Source: Macrostomum lignano (taxonomy: Eukaryota). Taken from it: a DNA stretch of 64,000 bases. The position numbers and the translations under genes are program-made. Below are positions 50,501 through 62,500 of this stretch, piece after piece; position 1 is the stretch's first letter; each line of letters starts with the position of its first letter. The notes under the pieces were generated by a model that was not told the origin of the DNA, searched no databases, and saw only the letters and a list, made by a program, of their open reading frames with translations. Location: NCBI GenBank assembly GCA_002269645.1, contig NIVC01000099.1:558001-622000 (forward strand), in the 5' to 3' direction.

Positions 50501-53500
50501 TCCATAAATCCCAATGTTTTAAGCTCGATCCCAGCGTACAAGATCGTGCACATTGACGGCCAGCGCAGCAACAGCACAGGTCAGTTTGAGTCCTACACTG
50601 GCCAGGCCGTAGCTGCTCACCTGAACAATTGGGCGAGTGCCAACGAGTCGGGCGACTGTCTAGTAGCCGAGATTGGCGAGCGGATGCAGTGGCGCACGGT
50701 GCCCTGCGACAGCGAGATCGCGGTGCACCCGTTTCTGTGCGAGCTTCCCGCAGCTCCGGGTCAGTGCCCTACTGTGACTATTTATGTTCTTTAAACATCT
50801 CCTACATCATCCTAGTTGCTGCAGGAATATTGGACTAAAATATATTTCTTTTCATTTCTAAAAATATAAATTTTACGGGCAAATGCGATTCCAGGCACTC
50901 GATGCGACACCAAAATTTATCTGCCAGCCCTGAGTCCGTCTGCTTTGACAGAGATAAATCTGTACCAGAGTGCTGAGCCGACAGGCAAGTCACTGTTGGA
51001 CTGTCAGCTGAACGCCACGAGAAACTGCAGCGCAGTGCGGCTGTCGGGCCCAGTTGCCACATGCACCGTGGATTCAAGCGATGCGTCGCAGAAACTGCCA
51101 CTGGCAGCCCTCAACAGCACCGTTCGGTTCTCTTGCTACGGTACGATGTTCTTTCGAATTGCACCTCGGTTATGTATTGCTTTAAAAAAATTCCAAATCA
51201 CGTCCGACGTGTAGATTCGAACTGCGACAGCGCACTAATCAGCCGCGATCCGGCGGACAATCGGTCGGTGGAAATTGCTGGCATCACTGCCAAGTCGAGT
51301 CTGGCTGGATTCGCTCCCGAGCGGATTGCGTTTAACTATATTGCAAATGGCAAGTGAGATTTGTGCTTATCGAGCACCATCTGCTGCTATAAATTCATGT
51401 AAATATGTATGTATCCGGCAGTAAATCAAGGCGAAAGTCAACCTGAAGGAAGTACGCTCGTACGAGCATGCAGGTACGCACTTGCAGTGTGCACAGCATC
51501 CCTGACTTTCTCCTATCTTCAGGCATGTGCGAATTTTTGTGCAAAATTTTGCCCTTAGAAACTGGCTTTTCCAAACGAAAATTCCACGGTCACCCTTAGA
51601 TCAATTTGGGTGCACCATTGGTGATTCAGAGTCATTACTGGTTTGCTATTCAGCCCTAACTCAAACTGAAACTTATAAATCATTGCAGATTCAAGCGTTG
51701 GAACATACGGGTTCTTCAGAGCAGCCAGCAACAGCTTGGAAGAATGGCTACAGGTGGATTTTCTGCATAAAGTGACCGTACAATCTGTTGCTATGTCAGG
51801 AGTCTACTGCTTGCCTGGCCTGGAAAGGGAAGCTGTGACCAGCTACATCATTTTGTACTCGCTATCCGGACTTTACTGGGGCCTTGCACCAGGAGTGAGT
51901 GAGCCTGTAGAGACGCAGAAAAGTACCAGATTATCAGTAAAAAAAACAGAATCTTTGAAAAGTGATGATTAAATCCATCATATATAATCCATCAATAGAT
52001 TATGCGAGGTCCCGCCGGCTATCCTCAAAGCTGCATCTCAACGGTGGAGCGCCTCTCCAGTCCCATTGTGGGTCGGAGCTTCCGCCTCTATCCACTGCAC
52101 CTGACTGGCAGGCTGGCCGGCAAACTCGAGCTATTCGGCTGCTCAGCTCAGGTGTCGCTGGAAGCTCCAGCAGTGCCAGTGTGGCCCCACCAGTTGACGA
52201 TCAGAACGCAGCATTCATCGGCTGGCGCTGCCACCAGCTGGCCTGATGGTCCCGCGTCGCTTCTGCTGCCCCTAACGGAGGCAGTTGGCGCCCTGGCTGG
52301 AAACTTTTACGAGCTGCCAGTGAATGCCTCGGTTCGGCTGACTTTTCCTGTGCCGCATCGGGTGTTCAGCGTGATTACAGCAGGCTACAACGGGTCGTAC
52401 ATCAGCTCATATGACCTCCGGTACGGCCAGACAGACGACACGCTGCCTATCGATGTACCGCGAGCAAACATGCCGGATCGCACGCTTCTTGGCAGCGTCA
52501 TTTCCCAGCTGAAGTTCACTGAGGACCTGCCGAGCTCTTTGGTAGTGAAATATCTTGAGCTGACGCCAAGGCACTACTATGGCGATGCGAGGCTTCAGTT
52601 TGCCGTTCTGGCATTTCCTGTTGGTGAGTTCGTGAGAGTCAAGTTTTTCCTATTGTAGTTTCTATTTTTACTAGAAGCAACCGAATGTTTCACCAACAGA
52701 ATGCCCTGCACTGACCAACGGTTCATTCAGCGTGGTTGAGAGCGCTCCCCCAGGCCAGGTGCAGATCTCATTTTCGCTGCACAATATGAGCTATCTCACC
52801 AATGTAACGGTCGATGTTCGACTGGCACTCGGAGTTGACAAAGGTGTTGTTCTTTTCAGGGTCACTGGCAGTCCAGAGGAGCAGGTGTGAATCTTTAAAG
52901 TATATATTAATTACTAGTAGCTTGGGATATTTTACGAAGTACGCTGCTAATGCTGAGGAATAATAAAAAACTCAAATCCAACACTGCAGACAATAACTGT
53001 GAACAATGGAACAAACCGTGTGTGGCTAAATCGCACATTTGCGGCAAAGTCCGGATACCTGCAGGCCAATTCATCGGAAATTGTCAGTCTCAGCATCCTG
53101 AACATCTACGCTTGCGCAAGTGGAGGTAAGTTCTTACTCAAGAAACATTTTGAAGTTTTGGGCTTAGTTTTGCTCCTTTGAGCTCTGGTTAATAAAATTG
53201 ATGCATTGTGCTTCAAATTTGTTGCCGAACGTGAGCTTAAGTATGATGAGCTGTCATTTGGAAAGTACTTTGAAGTATGGTGTGAAATAACTCAAAAGTT
53301 ATCCTTAAAAATGCCATTTTACATTAGCTTGACTTACTTGACTTAGCAGGGGCTCCGGGAATCAGGATGTAGCGGGGAGGCGTTGACGACCATTCCGCTA
53401 ACCCCTGTCGACCGCGGGCAGCTGGTGTGAGATTAGGTGGTGCTGGTGTCTGCAGTGCGGTCCCCCCTCCGGATAGTATATGACGTGGATGGTCGCTCGC

Positions 53501-56500
53501 CCGGTAGCCCTTAGGTAGCGGACGAGCTGGTGGCAAAATAAGACCTATCTCACCAATGTAACGGTCGATGTTCACTGGAGTTGACAAAAGATTCTCGGGC
53601 CTGAAAATCCTGGTAGGTCCGGGTTTGGGCCGAGGTAGGTGAGCCTGTCCTGAGTAAATACGGGACATTCACAGATGAAGTGCCCGCATTCTCGACACCG
53701 GAGAGGCAGAAAGGGCTTTTTCCTCACTGCAGATTTTCCCTGGAGGTAGCGATAGCTGGTAAAACAGCTGCGGCCTGAGGGAGCCATGGGTACCGCCCTG
53801 ATGTCCCTGCAGTCGAGTCCAAGCAGGGCCCTGCGGAGGGTGGGGTTTCCATCTGCTTTAATGCAGTTGTTTTCATCAAACCTCGTACAAATGCTTTCAA
53901 CAGACTGTCCAGTGAACTTCTATTATTATGAGGGCGCCTGCCGGCACCACCTTGCCGATGGCATCGGCGGCATCCCTCGCTCTGTTGCTGAGGCCTACTG
54001 CAAGAGCGTTCACTGGCTGAAGTCAGGAAGCCTGTTCCAGCCAACCAGCTACTATGACTATGCAGCTTTGCGACTGGCCTATGTTGACTTGTCACTGTGA
54101 GTAAAATAGCTCTCTTTGTCTCTAGCTGGCTGGTGTAAAGCACTCTCTACTACGCCTTCCTCATATTATCTGTCAAATTGCGCCTTAGTGTTTCTGAAAG
54201 CGCTAACTAAAAATTCCTCCCGACAGGAACGTCTGTTTCGAAAATTGTTTTATTTGACGCTCCAAATCGTATTTTAAATAGTCAGTTGGCTTGCTTCGAC
54301 ATTTAAAGCAAAGAACTAAAGATGTGTTGTTTAAGAACCTCAAATTGGTCCTTCCAATGTTAAAAGTAGCGCCAACGTGTGATGTAAAGACTACAGCAGC
54401 AGAATTACCTCTTTTCACAAATTTCTGCAGAAAATCTAATCAAAGCCAGCAGCCACTGCGCCGCGACGTCAGCTTTCACATGGACGCCAGACAGCGCCCA
54501 TCCGACGGTCAGTGGGTCACGAGTTCGAACTCCAGCCTGGCTTGGAGCCACTGGGCGCCCAGCCAGCCAGCGGTCGGGTCCTGCGCCACCTCGCGTCTCA
54601 CTGAAGAGGCCTGGACTTCTGTTGATTGCGACTCCAGCCGAGCCCACGTCATCTGCCAGATCGAGGCTGGTCAGTGTTTTTTGCTGCGGCTTCAATTAGT
54701 GCTCGATCTTGGATCGAAGCAGTGTTTTTCCGGAGCCCGCAAAAAAAATTTAGGGCACGAATCTTAATCGCTTTGTTGTGGGAAGACCATACATAGGAAG
54801 CATCGAGTCCTTACTTCAACTCGGGGGTTGGAGAGAGGGAAGAGAAGGGAGAGAGTAGAGAGGAGAGAGGAGAGAGGAGAGAGAGATGAGAAAAGAGCGA
54901 AGAAGGGGGAGGGAAGAGAAGAGAAAAGAGGAGGGAGATGGAAGAGAGAGAAGGGAGAGAAGAGAGGAGAGGGAAAGCGATAAAGGGGCGAGAGAAATGA
55001 GAAAAAAAAGGAGAGGGGTGAGAGAGAGGAGAGAGGAGAGAGGAGAGAGGAGAGAGAGGGAGAGAAGAGAGAGAAGAGGGGAGAGGGAAGAGAGAAAAAG
55101 AGAAGAGGGGGAGAGGGGAGAGGGAAAAGAGAAGAGAGGAGAGATGGGGAGAGGGGGGGGAGGGAAGAGAGAAAAGAGGAGAGAAGAGAGGAGAGGGAAG
55201 AGAGAGAGGAGAGAGGAGAGAGGAGAGAGGAGAGAGGGAGAGAGAAGAGAGGAGAGAGGGGGAGAGGGAAGAGAGAAAAGAGGAGAGAGGGGGAGAGAGA
55301 AGAGAGGAAAGAGGGGAGAGGAGACAGAGAGAGGAGAGAAGAAAGCTGAGAAGAGATGAGAAGAGACACCAACCTCAAGCGGGCTGGATTGCTATTGAGA
55401 GGTTTCAAAGGCCCCGCGGGAGGGAGTTCTCCGACCCTAATCTAACTAGTCCATTCTCATTTGTAAAGAATGCCTTCCAATCTGAGTAGGCTTTGCTTGT
55501 GTTTTTTCAGTCTACACCAGTGCGGTGGGGTTCTTTGATTATTAAACGCCACTAACAATTTTTTTAAAGAATTTTTTGTGATTATATTAACTTGCTGATG
55601 TTTCAGTCACAGCTTGAAAAAAGTCTTTATTTTTTCTCCTAGACGAGAATCAGCATCTGGACTGCAGCAGGCCGTTCTACAATGTGATTTTCAACTACTC
55701 GGGAAATGCAGAGGGCAAGCGGGCACTTTACTATGGCAGCGTTCAGTCTGCACTCGTTAAGTGCCAGGCCGGCGCCTGCAACAGTCTTCAAGCCGGTGTT
55801 GGAGAGCCAGCCATCTACAGCTCAACCGTGCACTCGCGTTCCATTGGCTTTCAGCCCAGCTGGCTGCAGAATCAGTTCTTCATCGAACACATCTGCCGAA
55901 GTAAGCGCGAACGGCTCCGATAAATTAAGTTTCGGTATTCAGATTAAATAATTTTTCTGTGCTCCTACGACCTTATTTTACTCAATAATATACTCAATAT
56001 ATTATATAGTATATAATATTGCATTACACCTGCCCCAATTGGGCCAGATGTGCAACCGACAGCTCAGTTGCAGCCATTGCGCGGCGCATCTGAAGGCTGT
56101 TCTGGGAAGGACTGGGGGTCACCACACACACCCTCAATTACCCCAGCTGATGCTGGCACCCATTTTACAGCTGCATGGGTGAACTGAAGCAATGCAGAGT
56201 GTCTTGCTCATGAACGCAAATTGTTTCAGTGGGATCGGGAATCGAACCCCCGACCTTCAGGATTTAAGTCCGACGCTCTAACCACTAAGCTACAATCACC
56301 CTCTAAGCTACAACCCCCTAAGCTACAACCCCTCTAAGCTACAACCCCTCTAAGCTAAAACCCCTCTAAGCTAAAACCCCTCTAAGCTACAACCCCTCTA
56401 AGCTACAACCCCTCTAAGCTACAACCCCTCTAAGTTACAACCCTCTAAGCTACAGCCGCGATTATACTCAAATCAATCGGTGAAATTCTATTGACATACA

Positions 56501-59500
56501 TCATTTTGGTATCGGTAACAAAGTATTTTTAGAAGTAAAACGGGAAAAAGTAGCTTTTCAAAGAAGTAACAATTGTTAAATTATAGTAAATAATAACGAG
56601 TGACTTACTGAACACTACCAATCTACCACTAGCAGAAGACTGCTGGCACAGCCTGACTTCTGCCATGTCCAACGTGAGCGCAACGCTGTTGACAAACGCC
56701 ACGAATGGCAGCGATTCGCATTCGTTGATATCGTACACGACTCTGAGTAGCTCGAACGGAGTTTTCAACGGATACTTCTTGACGGTGCGCATCCGGTCAA
56801 TTCAATTTCAAGGCTTCTCTGAGATTGGAGCATTAGTAAATTTATTGGCATAACCAATATTCAAAACCCGCAGATCACATTTAATAAGCAAGTTCGAGTG
56901 ACCGGTTTCGGCTTCATGGGTGCGGGCAACAATTTAAGGATTGGAGACGAACCGATTGCCTACGCAGCCGTGAAGCTGCTGTTCTTCGAAGCGGAAGCGG
57001 CTGCGTGGGTCAGTGCAGCAACGGCGCTAAGTCTGAACAAGGTACGAGTGGTTTCTAAAGGACTAATTGACTTTTAACAGTAGAAAGACCACGCTATTTT
57101 TCCCCATGGGAAAAGACCACGGGGATGTATTACAAATACATACAACCCATTTCACGATAGCTCGCAAACGGAATTACCGATTTTCGTAAAATTCCACCAT
57201 GTGGATCAAAATTTTCCGCCCTTTTCGACGAACTAACTTTCAAAGTTATCCGACATCAGCATCGTCAAGATATTCAACGATTCTTGTCGAAGACACTGGT
57301 GGCAAGGACAACCAACACTACACTCTATAAACCTTTATGATGAAAAATGTGTGTATTTGAAATACACCCCCATGGTCTTTCTACTGTTAAGTGATGGGAA
57401 CGGAACTACTTTAAACATCTTGTTATGATTTCCTGTAGTTCATCATTTCTTTAAAACAGTTTTACAGCACCTCTGAAATGGCTGATGATTTTTTATGTTG
57501 CCGTTTTTAAAATCTGCTGACAAAAATTACTCTTAACTTGAATCATTATGCAGAGTCTCGGACTATCCATGGAACCAGAAGACATGCTGAATCAGGCAAT
57601 GATTTTTCACACAAGTTTCGCTATCGTGACGCAGCAGTTGCGGATCATGCCAGCGCAGTACCGGGGAGCGGCCGCATTTAAGTTCGACGTATTTGGATGC
57701 GTCCTTAGTAGTAAGTTGCGTGAATTATTTGATAAATCAATCCAGCAATCAGAATACTAGTATCGTGGAAATCTACTGTCTATATTCACACGAGAAGGTG
57801 GTAAGCACGCTAGAATCACACAAACACGCATACTACTTTGCAGTTCCAACATGCGTTGGCAAAAACAGCCTCCAGTTTGGTGGAATGGCAATCGGCTGCG
57901 AGCACGACTGGATGATCGTCTACCGAAATCTTAACACCACAGCCTCAATGAACTTGTCAATCGTAAACTACCAGGCTGGCTTCGAGTTTGAGAACCTCAC
58001 CTGGCCGGGCCTACAAGTCCTCAGCGATTTGACAAATGTGGAACAACTATCGCTTAGATTCGATGCCTGGGTGTCTGACGGCAGCTTCAGATACATGGAA
58101 TGCAGACGCATCAAGGTTGCGCCCGCATACCTCAAATTCGGCCTACATGTCGAAGACTGTTCCAGCGACTTCGGCGATCAGCATCTGTTTGAGGCGCTCA
58201 ATGCGTCGACATTCTCGAATTTTGACTTTGGCTATCAGACATCCTGCGCTAGCGCTGGCGGCAGCGGCTGGTGGTACACTCCGGGCTGCGACGGACTGAA
58301 GCTGACGGGCTGCGCTGGATGCGCCGGGAGCGATGCCATCAGGTGGTCGTCAAGCACCAGCGCCGGGGCTCAAGTTGTGATGAGGCTAATAAACAAAAAC
58401 TACTTCCACCCTGGTAAGTGATGAAAATTTTATAGGAATATTTCTACTAGTAAACTTAACGGTATTTTTTCTTCCGATAAACACCCTGCAGCAAAAGCTA
58501 TCGGGGAGGCCTGCAATGCTGACGCATCCTGCTCACTCACTGGAGATACAGTGTGCCTGTCTTCGGGCCAGCTGCTGGACACCAGGTGCTCCTGTCGAAA
58601 AGGATTCGTGCGAGTTGGAGTGGAATGCAAATCATGTAGGCTAATTTTTCTGTTATCATATTGATTTATACTGTTGTTGAGCTACATATATCGAAATATC
58701 TGTGTTTTATATATTCGATATGAACACGAATCAATTTCGTAGAGGCAGTTTCCACAGACTCGAGATGCACCCGTTGCTCTAAAAAATTCGCTAATTTTGG
58801 TACTTATTTTTGTAGTGATCGACAGCTCCGTGCAGTCCCTGTCTCTGCCTTCGCCGTTGACACTGGTGCGAAATGTCCCCACAAACTTATCGATTGGAGT
58901 GCACATTCGCATTCTGAACGGCACCGCCAATTTAACCAGCGCAGCGGCATCGGGAACAAACTTCAACTTTGGTGCACATCTGAGAGGAGAGAGCCTCAAC
59001 GGTACTATTGATTCCATCATGGTTATTGGCGGAGACCCAGCTGCAGCTCGAAGCATCGGGGAAGACTTTGAGATCTCCCTATTACTGGAGATCAAGATTC
59101 CTCCCGGCAGCGCTTGCTTGCGTCTCAACGAAGTTTGTATTTTCGCTCAACCTGGTGACACCTCCAGGTTCGTTGACTACCAGCTAAATAACAACGAGGT
59201 GTGCATCGGCATTGTAAAGCTCTGCCAGCCTCAGCTAAAAGTTGATGCCTCTGTGAGACTACAGAGTCCGGAGTTCGTGACCCGCTCTCTACCTGCTCTG
59301 ATCACATTGGAGACTTCGCTGACACTCGACTCCACCAGCGCTGTCAGCGTAGCTGCAGTTCCGCAACCCGAGGATAATTTTATAGTAAGAAAGCGCAAAA
59401 ACCTTGACATCAGTATGTGTGTAATAAATGTACTATAGCTTTTAGTCGATGCTTTATGCTCTCATAACTGCTTTCTATAGAACTAAGAGCTATAAAGATT

Positions 59501-62500
59501 CTATAGGTTTGCCTAAGTACTTTTACTATGTACAATATTCGCTAACGTGCAATTGTGCAATAAAGTTGTAGTCTAGTACTTAGAGCGTCGGACTCAAGAC
59601 TTGAAGGTCGGGGGTTCGATTCTCGACCCACTCCGAACAATTTGTGTCCTTGAGCAAGACTCTTACTCTGCATTGCTTCAGTTCAGCCAGCTGTAAAATG
59701 GGTGCCAGCATTAGCTGGGGTAATTGAGGGTGTGTGGCGACCCCCAGTCCTTGCCAAAACAGCCGTAGGCAGCCTTCAGATGCGCCACACAATAGCTGCG
59801 GCTGAGCTGTCGGTTGCACATCTGGTTCAATTGGGGCAGGTTTAATCAAATATATCAGTAATATAAACTAAAATATTTAATTATTGTTGGTACTAACCAA
59901 TTACATTATATCACTGCTTTCAGCTCAGCAACGTGCTACTCTGCTCAGAAAATTGCTCGAACAGCAGCGAATGCCTCATCGTCTCCTGCCAGCCGCCAGT
60001 TTACTGGACTTCTGCTGCCTCAAGGGAATCTGTTCCTGTGGGTGGATCCACCATCATTGTGTCGAACGCATCGAACACATTCAACCTGTCTGCTTGTGAG
60101 TCATACAGCTTTGTCTGTGCCCAGGTCGCAACTGGGCCCAACTCGAGTCTGGTTTTCGCTAACGCTAGCGTCAGGATTGCCTGCACCACGCTGCCACGAA
60201 ATTGCACGCCGCATGCTGATGTAGAGATCAGTCAGGTAGCCTTCGCCGTTGATAATGCAACTTGGATCAGGCGATATCCAGCAAGCCTTACAGTCTCACA
60301 CTTTCTGCACCTTCGTTCGGGACTTCCGATCGAAGAGGTACCCCCGCCTCGGACCAACTTTCAGCCCATGGCCTTCTTAGCGTCGGAAGACTTGGCTGTC
60401 AGTGAGATGTCAACTTTCACCAAATGCGATCAGGGCTTACTACGACAAGGCCTTCAAAATAGCACCCAATTCGATTGCTTGTACATGTTTAACGTGACTG
60501 CTGATGCATGTCCAAGTCTAAAAAAGCTTTGCGTAATCTTTAACAACAGCACCAGCCCCTCCTATACAGAGAGCGATATTTCGAACAATGTTGGCTGCGT
60601 TGCACTGCTCAATAACCTATCATGCGCTGAGGTTTCCGTTCTCAATGCCAGTTGTCAAGTTTCAGCATCTCTGCTGACACCAAACGATACCCTTACAGTC
60701 ACTGCGGCTTGGCTGCGGGGCTCCGCTGTGCAATTTTCAGTTTCTTTCAGCAACAACCGCTCGTTGGCTTGGGACTGGCTTACGGCAGGTCATACAGCAA
60801 ATTTTGAGTCCCACTCTGCTATGCTTAAAATAGTCTTTGGAGCAGATGTAGGACGCTTCAACTTCACTTGCATCGTTGGCAATGCTGCGGGAAACTGGCA
60901 GACAGCAGACAGCATTGATGTGGTGCCTCAACTGAGCGAGTTTCTGCGACTTTCGATGACTTACATTCCAGAACCTGTGCCATTGAATGTTACTCTGAGC
61001 TTTGAAATGGTGAGTGACGTTTTTAATATTCGATGCATAGTTGATGCACCAATGTAAATAAACAAAACTAAATCATAACGCGTGGTTTTTTAATTATTCT
61101 AGGTTCGAGGCAGCCCGATATCGAATTTGCCCATCTCGTGCTACGCAAAGCTACAGCCAAATTCGCACAGAAACTTAAGCAAGACTCGGCAGCCCGTGGG
61201 AATCTTCAACGAAATCCTAACATTCAGCGAAGACTCGCCGTTTGCATTGGCCAACGTGACCTGCTGGAACCAGCTGTCAAGTATTACCGCAGCTTACTAT
61301 GTCATTTTACAGCAGAACATTACTAGTTTATGGTTCAACTCCAGTCAGACCGTTGTACCAACAAATCATACATTCCAATTGGAATTCTCTGTCACTACAG
61401 GAAGCCACGTTACTTATCAAATTAATTTGGGAAATGGGAGTACTTCTTCTGTCACAGATGGGCAGATTTTGGCTTGGAAAGTGTCACGTTATTTGATGTT
61501 GGCCGTGACCCTTAAAAGGGCCGTTTTAGTCCCAAAATAAGTTGAAGTCAACTTATGCGAAGTGGTTGGTGTAGCGGAGCACTTGGCAATAAGGGCAGGA
61601 AACTGCCGTAGTCGGTTTTTATTATCAATATAAATAGTAAGTTGGTTGTCACTGGCAAATAACAAACTATGGCTTTCTGGGCACTGGCGGCTGCAACAAT
61701 GGTTTCTTTTAAGATAAATTGGATGTGAGTTCAAGCGACAGACGAGTGATGTAATGGCGACGTAACGTGATGATCAATGGCAATGAGTACAGAAGAGGCA
61801 GTGAGACGTAGTAGGCAGATGAGCAGTGGCGAAGTTGGCGTCAGTCGTGGCGTGAGGCAAGGAGGCTCGAGGCAGCCAGACAGAGAGAAGGAAAACAAGG
61901 CCGTAAAAACACACACAAGGCCAAGGACAGGCCGGGAGGAAGAGAGAAGCACAGATAAGGACAGGAGTGAGGAGTGCCCGCCGCCAGGCGGGGGTTTAAT
62001 AAAGGAGCGCAGAGGGGGGGTAGCGCGAAGCACGAGTGATTTCATTGGCTGGCGAGAGAACTTAAAATTATCGATCGTGCCAATTTTATACGGTCGCGAG
62101 AGAGGATAGCAAAATATACAGTGAATTAGAAATTGCCACAAAATCGTTGGGCATTACTACAAGTAAACGTCGCAATAAACGAATGGAAAAGTTTAGTTGA
62201 AACGGTGAAACTGAAGGGTTGAAACTATAGAGAAACAGCAGTCCAACGGCCCTTTTCGGGACCACCTTAAACTGACAACGTCACAGAAAGCATCTGAATC
62301 ACTGAATCTCTCTTATGAATCTCCTGGCCTGTACGTGATAACGAATGTTGCATCAAACTTTCACACTCAGTCTGAACGTCGTAGCCTGAGTGTACTAGTG
62401 CAAAATCCAGTTCGACAGCTGATCTTACTAGCACCTAAATTTGTTGAGCTATTTTCTGTCAACTCAAGCTTTGAATTCTTTCATCCCGATCCTCAACCCA

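Noticed and set aside
54764-55408. E/R/G-rich and L/S/P-rich ORFs
   Set aside because: They come from a GA low-complexity tract.
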